Below are positions 40,396-49,059 of a stretch of 64,000 nt of DNA, piece by piece. The notes under the pieces are model-generated. The model searched no databases, was not told where the DNA came from, and saw only the letters and a program-made list of their open reading frames with translations. Position numbers and translations under genes: made by a program. Numbering within the stretch: the stretch's first letter is position 1; each line of letters begins with the position of its first letter. Source of the stretch: Candidatus Scalinduaceae bacterium (GTDB taxonomy: Bacteria; Planctomycetota; Brocadiia; Brocadiales; Scalinduaceae); NCBI GenBank assembly GCA_046759445.1, contig JBHICG010000005.1, positions 40,352 through 104,351 on the forward strand. Reading direction: 5' to 3'.

Positions 40396-42648
40396 ATGAC
40401 GGTTGAGATATGTAAAGAACTGTACAAAAATCTAGAAAAAAAGCATCAAAAAGCAAGAAACGTACTTGGAAGATGTTTGACTCTTACGGAAAAAATCCTT
40501 TATTCCCATATGAAGCTGGAGGACATAAAGCTATATGTACGTAAGGAATCTGATGTAGAACTTTACCCTGATAGAGTGGCAATGCAGGATGCAACTGCTC
40601 AGATGGCAATTTTACAATTCATGTCTTCGGGTATTTCAAGAGTGCAAGCGCCGACAACCGTTCACTGTGATCACCTGATAATGGCATATAAGGGCGTAAA
40701 TGATGATTTGCCAGTTGCAAAGGTGATAAACAAGGAGGTTTATGACTTTTTATCATCTGCTGCAAAAAAGTATGGTATGGGCTTCTGGGAGCCGGGTGCA
40801 GGGATTATCCATCAGGTAGTCCTGGAGAATTATGCATTTCCAGGCGGTCTGCTCATTGGTACCGACTCACACACTCCCAATGGAGGCGGCCTGAGTATGC
40901 TGGCAATTGGTGTGGGAGGAGCCGATGCAGTAGACGTTATGGTTGGATTACCGTTTGGTATAAAATGGCCAGGTATAATAGGAATAAAATTGACTGGTAA
41001 ATTATCCGGTTGGACGTCTCCCAAAGATGTTATCTTAAGGGTAATGAAAGAGCTTACGGTCAAGGGTGGGACAGGCTCTGTAGTAGAATACTTTGGTGGG
41101 GGTGTTAGTTCCATTTCATGCACGGGTAAAGCAACTATATGTAATATGGGGGCTGAGCATGGCGCCACGACCTCCACATTTCCTTTCGATGCACGGATGT
41201 CTGACTATCTAAATGCAACTGACAGGTCTGATATCGCTACAATGGCAGAGGAACATGCAGGGTATCTCAGGGCCGATGATGAGGTATATGCAGTTCCTCA
41301 CAAATATTATGATAAGATTATAGAAATTGATTTATCAGAACTCGAGCCATTGGTCTGTGGTCCCCATACGCCTGATCTGGTTCGTCCAGTATCAGAATTC
41401 AAGGATGAAATAACACAAGAAGGTTATCCTGATAATATTAAATACGCACTCATCGGTTCCTGCACAAACTCTTCTTATGAGGACATGGGTCGTGCAGCCG
41501 CTGTGGCAAAAGATGCAACAGCAAAGGGGTTAGAGCTGGCAATTCCATTACTTGTAACTCCAGGATCAAACTTGATTGAAGATACCATCAGGCGTGATGG
41601 TCAGATGAAGACCTTAACTGATGCAGGGGCAACCGTACTGGCCAATGCATGCGGGCCGTGTATAGGACAATGGAAACGGACTGATATCAAGAAGGGTGAG
41701 AGAAATACCATTATTACTTCTTATAACAGAAACTTCCGTGCTCGTAACGATGGTAACGTAGAGACACTTTCATTCATTGCATCTCCTGAAATAGTCACGG
41801 CCTTTGCCTTCTCTGGTTCTCTTTCCTTTAATCCGTTAAAGGATAAATTAAAAACACTAACTGGACAGGATGTGACGTTAGCAGAACCATACGCGGAAGA
41901 ACTGCCATCTGCTGGATTTGCTGGCCGTAGCAAGGGCTACGTGCCTCCTGTGGAAGATAGTTCCAGAGTAAAGGTTGTCATCAACCCCGAATCAGAACGC
42001 CTTCAGGCATTAACTCCGTTCGCTCCATGGAATGGCGAGGATTATGTAGACGTTCCTTTGTTATTAAAGGCTTCTGGAAAATGTACAACCGATCATATTT
42101 CGCCGGCTGGTCCATGGCTCAAGTTTCGAGGACACCTGGATCGAATATCAGATAACATGTTTTCTGGCGCCGTGAATGCCTTTGATGGTTCAACCGGTAC
42201 TGGTAAAAACACATTTACGGGCGAAAGTGGTATAAAGTATTCAGAGATTGCCCGTGATTATAAGGCGCGTGGGGTATCATGGGTTGTTGTAGGTGATGAG
42301 AACTATGGGGAGGGGTCTTCACGTGAACATGCCGCCATGTCTCCAAGATACCTTGGAGCTGTGGCCGTTATTACCCGTTCCTTTGCCCGAATCCATGAGA
42401 CCAATTTGAAAAAACAGGGAATCATTCCGCTGACATTCATCAATCCATCTGACTATGAAAAGTTCCGTGAAGATGATAGAATCTCAATCATTGGATTAGA
42501 TAAATTAGCACCGGGTAAAGATGTCTCAGTAAAGATAAAGCATGATGATGACACAGAAGAAGATATTGAAACCAGACATACGATGTCTGAGCAACAAATA
42601 GAATGGTTTCGTGCCGGTTCCGCCTTAAATAAAATCGCCAGGGATTAA
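40396..42648 (+). CDS. Aconitate hydratase (mitochondrial-like clade)
   Basis: DRVAMQDATAQMA, HCDH, GTDSHT, IGSCTNSSYED, ANACGPCIG, TTDHISPAG and NYGEGSSREHAA motifs. Confidence 0.95.
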   Translation: MTVEICKELYKNLEKKHQKARNVLGRCLTLTEKILYSHMKLEDIKLYVRKESDVELYPDRVAMQDATAQMAILQFMSSGISRVQAPTTVHCDHLIMAYKGVNDDLPVAKVINKEVYDFLSSAAKKYGMGFWEPGAGIIHQVVLENYAFPGGLLIGTDSHTPNGGGLSMLAIGVGGADAVDVMVGLPFGIKWPGIIGIKLTGKLSGWTSPKDVILRVMKELTVKGGTGSVVEYFGGGVSSISCTGKATICNMGAEHGATTSTFPFDARMSDYLNATDRSDIATMAEEHAGYLRADDEVYAVPHKYYDKIIEIDLSELEPLVCGPHTPDLVRPVSEFKDEITQEGYPDNIKYALIGSCTNSSYEDMGRAAAVAKDATAKGLELAIPLLVTPGSNLIEDTIRRDGQMKTLTDAGATVLANACGPCIGQWKRTDIKKGERNTIITSYNRNFRARNDGNVETLSFIASPEIVTAFAFSGSLSFNPLKDKLKTLTGQDVTLAEPYAEELPSAGFAGRSKGYVPPVEDSSRVKVVINPESERLQALTPFAPWNGEDYVDVPLLLKASGKCTTDHISPAGPWLKFRGHLDRISDNMFSGAVNAFDGSTGTGKNTFTGESGIKYSEIARDYKARGVSWVVVGDENYGEGSSREHAAMSPRYLGAVAVITRSFARIHETNLKKQGIIPLTFINPSDYEKFREDDRISIIGLDKLAPGKDVSVKIKHDDDTEEDIETRHTMSEQQIEWFRAGSALNKIARD

Positions 42649-42786
42649 GTGTGTAGCAGTAGCTGATCTAGAGAGGATAAACAGAATTTAAGAGATTTAA
42701 TCCAGTAAACACTGATATTTTCATCCCTATAACATTACACTATTCAAAATCGCTTGAACCTGGAAGTCATGATTTGAGTGTTAAAT

Positions 42787-42826
42787 GGAAAAGAGGCACG
42801 CAAAGTATTAAGCGTACCTCTTTTCC
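42787..42826. terminator. Bidirectional terminator
   Basis: ggaaaagaggcacgc...gcgtacctcttttcc between convergent genes. Confidence 0.65.
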
Positions 42827-42837
42827 CTATTGACTGG

Positions 42838-44937
42838 TTAGAGCTGACTCAAAAGCTGAATTGCTTCCAGTACAAGAGGATAGATGAGAGCTTGTGTGGG
42901 ACAATCCTTAATCCAATCGTTCTTATCAGGGCTTCCTGTTAAGGCGCAACCATCCATCTTTTTCAGTATGTCATTTTCAAGCTTATTCAATGCATCCTGA
43001 TATTCACCATTGTCCAGCTTGTCAATCACCGTATTAAGCTTACTCGTTAATGCCTTTTGGTTGTTTGGATTTTTAAATACTCCTGAGTTTGGATCCAACA
43101 AGTTGATTTCATCAATAGATTCCTGAACCTTTGTTATCGTGGCTGTTGACTGTGTGACAGCAGTGATAGTTACCATGCTTGGATCACTGTTTACAGAGCC
43201 ATCATTCACTATCAGGCTTATGATATATGTACCAGCAGCATCAGCCGTAAATGAAGGATTAGGCGTATCAGGGTTAGCCAGAGTTGCCGAACTGGTAGCG
43301 GGTATAGACGTAAATGACCAACTGTACGTCAATGGATTATTATCAGGGTCGGAGCTTCCGCTTCCATCCAGGACTACTATGTCACCTACAAAGACTGAAT
43401 CGTCATTACCAGCATCCGCCACGGGGGCTACATTGATTGTGCTTATGCTTACTGTATCAGGAGCGCTATCTACTGAGCTATCATTAACCACCAGGCTAAC
43501 TACGTAAGTACCTGCAACATCAACCGTAAATGTGGGGTTTACTGAAGTAGGATTAAGCAGATTTGCAGTACTACCAGCAGGTCTTTGCGTAAATGCCCAA
43601 CTATATGTCAAACCATCTCCATCAACATCCCAGCTATTACCTCCATTCAGGACTACTGTATCTCCCACAAATACAGACTGATCACCTCCAGCATCTGCTA
43701 TGGGGGCAGAATTAAGTGTGCTTATCTTTACCTCATCAGGTGTACTGTCTACGGTGCTGTCATTGACTGTCAAACTTACTACATAGTCCCCCGATTTATC
43801 GACCGTAAATGTAGGATGCGCTGGATCGGATGGATTCACAACCAACGTTGCAGTGCTGTCAACGGGCTTTGATGTAAATGACCAATTAAATGTTAAAGAA
43901 TCACCATCTACGTCAGAGCTTCCACTTCCATCCAGCGTTACCAGATCATTAACGAATACCGATTGATCAGGACCTGCATTTGCGACAGGGGCTGAATTGA
44001 GCGTGCTTATGGTTACAGTATCAGGATCACTATCTATAATACCATCGTTAACCGTCAAACTTACTACATAGTCCCCCGCTTTATCAACCGTAAATGCAGG
44101 ATGCGCCGGATCAAGTGGATCTATGACCAAACTTGCCGTACTACCGGCAGGTTGTGATGTAAAAGACCAATTAAATGACAGTTGATCACCATTGGCATCC
44201 CAGCTTCCACTTCCATCCAGCGTTACCGGGTCACCCACAAATACTGACTGGTCTGGCCCGGCATCTGCCACTGGGGTAGCATTACCACCGGAACAGTTGA
44301 CAAACAGCCAATTCGTATTATTGCCACTATCTATGGAATTACATGCATAGATTACGTCTCCATCAATCTCCTGTGAATGGCTAACGTTCAGATAATCAAC
44401 AATAGTCGTTGGCGTGTTCAGATACCAGTTAGTCAAGGGTGTCAAAGGAGCAAGCGTTATATAATTGCCTGATGAACCGTTCACGTTAAATGTAGAAGAT
44501 ATTGTATGGAAACCACCAGTTTCAAAGGACAATTTCTTGACACCTGTTGTAGCGTTTAGGGTGTCACAGTAAAGTTCATCAGTAAATGCAACACCTGATG
44601 AATGTGAATTCAGAACGTCAAGTACGTAAAATGCCGAGCTTGATCCACCTGTTAATACAGACTGTTGATTAGTGGTAGAGTTGAGAATTACCGTACCTGT
44701 GCCGGAAATAAAACTGCCTAAATTATTTGTCCAGTCACCATCCAGGCTAATCTCTCCTGTATTTAATTGAAGCGTTCCAGCATTATCAACGTCTCCTCTC
44801 ACATCCATAGCGCTGGTGTTTACGTTGAAAGTATGGCCAAATGGTATCGTAACCCCCGCAGCGTGAACTGAGCTGGTGCTTATTATGCCGATTAAGGCCG
44901 TTAATAATAATATGAATCTAAATCTAAACCTGAACAT
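42838..44937 (-). CDS. Secreted protein with 4 PKD/Ig-like repeats and a C-terminal helical (FIMAH-like) domain
   Basis: Signal peptide ending VHA; four ~95-aa repeats 'PxAxAGxDxSVF...LDGSGS.D...W...FT.D.AG.Y..SL.VND'. Confidence 0.85.
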   Translation of the reverse strand: MFRFRFRFILLLTALIGIISTSSVHAAGVTIPFGHTFNVNTSAMDVRGDVDNAGTLQLNTGEISLDGDWTNNLGSFISGTGTVILNSTTNQQSVLTGGSSSAFYVLDVLNSHSSGVAFTDELYCDTLNATTGVKKLSFETGGFHTISSTFNVNGSSGNYITLAPLTPLTNWYLNTPTTIVDYLNVSHSQEIDGDVIYACNSIDSGNNTNWLFVNCSGGNATPVADAGPDQSVFVGDPVTLDGSGSWDANGDQLSFNWSFTSQPAGSTASLVIDPLDPAHPAFTVDKAGDYVVSLTVNDGIIDSDPDTVTISTLNSAPVANAGPDQSVFVNDLVTLDGSGSSDVDGDSLTFNWSFTSKPVDSTATLVVNPSDPAHPTFTVDKSGDYVVSLTVNDSTVDSTPDEVKISTLNSAPIADAGGDQSVFVGDTVVLNGGNSWDVDGDGLTYSWAFTQRPAGSTANLLNPTSVNPTFTVDVAGTYVVSLVVNDSSVDSAPDTVSISTINVAPVADAGNDDSVFVGDIVVLDGSGSSDPDNNPLTYSWSFTSIPATSSATLANPDTPNPSFTADAAGTYIISLIVNDGSVNSDPSMVTITAVTQSTATITKVQESIDEINLLDPNSGVFKNPNNQKALTSKLNTVIDKLDNGEYQDALNKLENDILKKMDGCALTGSPDKNDWIKDCPTQALIYPLVLEAIQLLSQL

Positions 44938-45001
44938 AATAACCTTCCTTTCTTTTATTTATGTAGTATTTTTGGCTATTTTCAAAGATACTCTTAACCA
45001 T

Positions 45002-46126
45002 TTAAATCTTATCCTCAAGGTCCCTTACCTTTGCAGAAAGTTCGGATATAATCTTTTGCTGCTCCTGAACAACCTTGGTCAATACTGCTGCTATATCCAT
45101 AGGAGATAAACCTTTACGATCTTGAGTGGCTACAAGTTCCGGTACGTCTTCAGCAATAAATCCAAGGTGTTCTTCTCCAGACCCTTCAGTTTTATATTCA
45201 AACCTTACCGGATTGAGATCATTTAATGCGTCCATTGCCTCCTTTGTTGATATATATGATATATTCTTTTTAAATTCTCTGGATGAGCCTTGGCTTAATG
45301 TCCCTGTTATAGTTAGATTACCTGAAGAACGATCTAATCTCATTGCAGTAGTAAAATTAATATCGGCGTCAGCGGTACCGTTGGGTGCAGTTAAAAAGAG
45401 AAAGTCTCCATTAGTAACTTGCAACACGGCAGCCTCAGCATTTGATGCAATGTATTTAAAGAGCCCATTAGAACCTGTGTAAGTGTTCAGATTTAAACTA
45501 ACAGTACCGCCATCTCCCCAATCAACAAATGCTCCCAGTGGACCTAATTGTACAGCTTTATAGTTAGGATGCCAGGTCTTAAGACTACTGTTGCCTATGC
45601 CGACGTTGCCGCTTGTATCAATAACCATATCTACACTAGAAGAAGAACCATTTGTAAAAAATTTAATACCATTACCAGCTTCTGCCCCCAAAGTCAAATC
45701 TATATCCGAACCTTTGCCACTCATTGAAGCAAATGTGCCTATTCCCCATCTCCATGCCCCATTTATGGATCCAATTACAGATGGTCCTTTTGCATCAGCT
45801 GTATCAACCTGTATAGTTCCGAAAGTAGTTGCACTCTTTACATGTAAAGGTTTTGTTGGAACCGGCGTGCCAATGCCGACATTGCCTTCTACAATCAAGC
45901 CATAGACCGGAGAGCCAGGAGAGCTATGGCCAGCAAAAACCGGCCCAATACCGACGTTGCTATCTCCCCTTGCTCTCATAACTGTATCACCACTTGAATT
46001 CTTAACAGTAAACCCACTGTTTATGTCACTACTATCAAGTGTTACTTCAGTATCAGCAGCATAAGTAACTGAACCTACTCCTAAAAAGAATACACATAAA
46101 CCGACTAAGATATTTCTCCTTATCAT
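45002..46126 (-). CDS. Secreted phage-tail-fibre-like protein with C-terminal peptidase S74 chaperone
   Basis: Signal peptide; GNVGIG repeats; SSREFKKNI...L.PVRF.YK...GFIAEDVPE...coiled coil. Confidence 0.85.
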   Translation of the reverse strand: MIRRNILVGLCVFFLGVGSVTYAADTEVTLDSSDINSGFTVKNSSGDTVMRARGDSNVGIGPVFAGHSSPGSPVYGLIVEGNVGIGTPVPTKPLHVKSATTFGTIQVDTADAKGPSVIGSINGAWRWGIGTFASMSGKGSDIDLTLGAEAGNGIKFFTNGSSSSVDMVIDTSGNVGIGNSSLKTWHPNYKAVQLGPLGAFVDWGDGGTVSLNLNTYTGSNGLFKYIASNAEAAVLQVTNGDFLFLTAPNGTADADINFTTAMRLDRSSGNLTITGTLSQGSSREFKKNISYISTKEAMDALNDLNPVRFEYKTEGSGEEHLGFIAEDVPELVATQDRKGLSPMDIAAVLTKVVQEQQKIISELSAKVRDLEDKI

Positions 46127-46159
46127 CTTCTATCTCCTTTAAAAAAAAATTGAAATTAT

Positions 46160-47227
46160 TTAAATTCTATCCTCTATTACCTTTAATTTCGCAGATAAAG
46201 TAGATATTGTTTCTTGCTGTTCTTTAATTGCCTCGATTAACAATGGCACTAGTTTGGAATATTCAACACCCTTATATCCATCCTTATTGGTATGAACCAC
46301 TTCCGGAACCAATTTCTCAACATCCTGTGCGATAATTCCTATATTATGGTCTTTAGAAAAATTCCTCTCCTTATATTCATCACTACGCCATCTGAAACTT
46401 ACCCCCTGTAAGTTACTCACCTTTTCAAGAGCACCTTTGAGTGGTTTTATATCTTTTTTAAAGCGAACATCACTCGTTAGCACTGTACCGTTAGAACAAA
46501 CCGAACCTGTTACATCCAATTTGCAACCGGGGTTTGTTTTACCGATGCCGACGTTGCCATTTCCTAAAATGATCATTCTGTCGCTTGAGCTTCCAGCGCC
46601 AAATCTCATTGCTCCACCATTTGCCCAGTCGAAACTATAGAATATTTCACCGCCAACGTTACTATCTGGAGAACCAAAGGCAAGCCTGGCATCGTTGTTA
46701 GCACCCGAAGTTAAAATTGATATTCCTGCATGAGCACTACCTTCCACGACAAGGTCATCTGCATTAGAATATGGAGAAATACCCGCATTCCCTTGTTTAA
46801 TGTGTAGTTTACCAGACGGACTCGTTGTACCAACGCCGACATTGCCGTTCTCTGCTATACCAAATCTCCAGACTGGAGCACCATCATCTATAAAAAAAAG
46901 TCCTTCGCTAAGAGCCTGCATTCGCCAGGTTTTTGTTCCTATTCCTGACGTCATCCGTATCATTGGTTGATCGGTTCCAGTAATACTCAAAGCATCGTTA
47001 CTTGCTCCAGTTTCAATATGCAATTTCGCCCCAGGGCTCGTCATACCTATCCCGACGTTGCCATCGCCCCCGGCACGTATTATTGTTTCACCATTAGCTT
47101 TTTTCACTGAAAAGCCACTATTTGCATCATTACTATCAAGTGTTACTTCCGTATCAGCTGCATAAGTAACAGAACCTACTCCTAAAAAGAATACACATAA
47201 ACCTACCAAAATATTTCTCTTAAACAT
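46160..47227 (-). CDS. Secreted phage-tail-fibre-like protein with C-terminal peptidase S74 chaperone
   Basis: Signal peptide; three GNVG(I/V)G repeats; SDVRFKKDI...GIIAQDVE...V.Y..LVPLLIEAIKEQQ. Confidence 0.88.
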   Translation of the reverse strand: MFKRNILVGLCVFFLGVGSVTYAADTEVTLDSNDANSGFSVKKANGETIIRAGGDGNVGIGMTSPGAKLHIETGASNDALSITGTDQPMIRMTSGIGTKTWRMQALSEGLFFIDDGAPVWRFGIAENGNVGVGTTSPSGKLHIKQGNAGISPYSNADDLVVEGSAHAGISILTSGANNDARLAFGSPDSNVGGEIFYSFDWANGGAMRFGAGSSSDRMIILGNGNVGIGKTNPGCKLDVTGSVCSNGTVLTSDVRFKKDIKPLKGALEKVSNLQGVSFRWRSDEYKERNFSKDHNIGIIAQDVEKLVPEVVHTNKDGYKGVEYSKLVPLLIEAIKEQQETISTLSAKLKVIEDRI

Positions 47228-47430
47228 TCTTTGCCTCCTTAAAATAATAAATATTTCAATATAAAATGCAAAATTACGGCAATTACTTTAATGCAAAATT
47301 GCTAAGCAATTCAGTAATAACTGAATTGCCTTAATCCCAAATCCAACTTTCATAGCTCATTGATTATGTAGCGGCCAATATATAACTCCTCACAATCCTT
47401 TCCCTACCTGTAAAAGACAGATACATTCAT

Positions 47431-47508
47431 AAAACAAAAAAAGCCTTACTGCAAAGATATTAATGAAATCGATGTGAATTCACATAAGCCATCCCTGGCA
47501 GTAAGGCT
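47431..47508 (-). terminator. Intrinsic terminator / riboswitch expression platform
   Basis: Perfect 11-bp stem AGCCTTACTGC/GCAGTAAGGCT (47498-47508 with 47442-47452), then a U-tract; the 5' arm overlaps the aptamer 3' end. Confidence 0.75.
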
Positions 47509-47727
47509 GTCTTTTAAAACTATTTCCTTAAAAGTCTTACGAACCTTTACTTAGTTTCTGTTGCGGTGAGCCATCAAACATATGTATGACCTATCGCAGC
47601 AAAAACTACTTGTAGCCCTGTACGATTAAAGACCCTTTAGCTTTGCGCTCCAACTGAAGCTGACCCATTGTGCTGCTTAAGAGAACAATGACAGCCTCGC
47701 TCAAGGATTTGCCTTTATTCGGATACG
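47490..47727 (-). ncRNA. c-di-GMP-I (GEMM) riboswitch-like aptamer with expanded P2 and P3
   Basis: Minus strand reads AATAAAGGCAAATCC...GGAGCGCAAAGCTAAAGGGTCTT...AAGACAGCCTTACTGCC; it lies in the 5' leader of the fibre operon. Confidence 0.7.
47553..47607. mobile_element. 55-bp MITE (AGTTTCTGTTGC terminus, ACTT 4-bp duplication) inside the riboswitch P3 loop
   Basis: actt|agtttctgttgcggt...atcgcagcaaaaact|actt. Confidence 0.6.
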
Positions 47728-48038
47728 GTCTATTATCAAATAACGTTCCCTGTCTATGTCTGCCGAGAAGCAGGAACAGGCATAAACGTTATGATTCCCT
47801 ATAAGCTCGTACAAAAGCAAGATTAAAAGTCAGGAAATTCGATTGATTTATTTGAAGTGTTTCGTGAACCTTGAAACGCAATGTAATTATGTATGATCTG
47901 CTGTTTCTAAAGAACGCAGATATAGGTGAGAATAAATGCGTTACCATAATGGTAAAAGTGGCTTTTCCCATTACTAATACTCCTATTAGTACAAATGTGG
48001 GTAATCACGTCAATATACAAGGTATTATAAGACGCAAT

Positions 48039-48066
48039 ATGATAAAATAATATTACTAATTGTCAA
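48039..48066 (-). promoter_or_regulatory. Candidate sigma70 promoter for the riboswitch/fibre operon
   Basis: TTGACA-N16-TATCAT on the minus strand. Confidence 0.35.
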
Positions 48067-48213
48067 GCATAAACAGGCAATGACAGGAAATATTTTTCTA
48101 TGTCATGGAGTGTCTAAGACTGTCTAAGACAGATTATACGACTAAAGACTAGAGAGAATGTTCACTGTTGTAATGTACACTTTGAATCTATTGTAAAGTT
48201 TTTCTTTTTTGAG

Positions 48214-48846
48214 TTATCGGGTATACCTTTCGCCGTATCTTTCATTGTAAGTTAACTTATCGATGCTTAGTCTTGGCCTTGGTTCAGGGTTTTCGTCAGG
48301 AACGCCAACGGGTAAAAGGGCTATTACCTCAACAAATTTAGGAATGCCAAGAATCTCTTTTACTTTATTGTCTTCATACCATCTTACCCAACAGGTTCCG
48401 AGACCAATTTCAACCGCTTGCAGGACAATGTGTTCTACAGCTATTGATACATTTGCCGTTGCAGCCAGGATAAGGCCCTCTTTGGTAACAGAACTCATGC
48501 CCTTTTTAAGGTACGGAATAAAGATGTCCCTTGTCCTTTCAGGGAGTGCACCTGATTCTATTAGTTCATCCACCCTTTTTGGAAATTCCTTAAATGCCCT
48601 CAAATCTGCACAACAAGCAATTATTACGGGCGCTCGTCTAATATGCCTTTGATTGTGTGCTGCTTCTTGTAGTTTCTTTTTAGTATCGTCATCTTTAACT
48701 ATGATAAATCTCCATGGTTGTGTATTTGTCCCTGATGGCGCCAGCCTGGCGCTTTCAAGCAAAAGCTTGATCTTTTTTTCTGGAATAGGGTCTGGTTTGA
48801 ACTTTCTTATACTCCTGCGCTTTTTTATGGCTTCACAAACATCCAT
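48214..48846 (-). CDS. Nitroreductase family protein
   Basis: RRSIRKF, APSGTNTQPWRF and GLGTCW motifs. Confidence 0.92.
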   Translation of the reverse strand: MDVCEAIKKRRSIRKFKPDPIPEKKIKLLLESARLAPSGTNTQPWRFIIVKDDDTKKKLQEAAHNQRHIRRAPVIIACCADLRAFKEFPKRVDELIESGALPERTRDIFIPYLKKGMSSVTKEGLILAATANVSIAVEHIVLQAVEIGLGTCWVRWYEDNKVKEILGIPKFVEVIALLPVGVPDENPEPRPRLSIDKLTYNERYGERYTR

Positions 48847-48885
48847 CGTAATCCTCCTGATATTAGATTAAGGGTAGACATAAGA

Positions 48886-48913
48886 TTGACTATTTTAATA
48901 CTTACAATATAAT
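48886..48913 (+). promoter_or_regulatory. Candidate sigma70 promoter for the aro genes
   Basis: TTGACT-N16-TATAAT. Confidence 0.45.
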
Positions 48914-49059
48914 AATCAAATAATTCTTGATACAATCATTAAACTCAGTTTGCACCGCTCATAGTATCAGATATTCCGTGTATACGGTAGTAGGTCAAAA
49001 CCTTCTTCGGAATACAGTGATACTAGCATGGAAACATTTTATAGGATGTCCAAAATATC

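Noticed and set aside
43150..44280. Diversity-generating retroelement template/variable repeats
   Set aside because: The DNA similarity is explained by PKD domain duplication; there is no reverse transcriptase and no adenine-specific mismatch pattern was noticed.
45002..47227. Prophage
   Set aside because: No capsid, terminase, tail or integrase genes, and the fibre proteins carry signal peptides.
47306..47329. Hairpin GCAATTCAGT-aata-ACTGAATTGC in the fibre leader as a second terminator
   Set aside because: There is no good U-tract on the minus strand; it may be an operator or stability hairpin, but this is unsupported.
47789..47971. 60-aa ORF upstream of the riboswitch
   Set aside because: No motif; cannot be distinguished from a chance ORF, although a leader peptide is not excluded.
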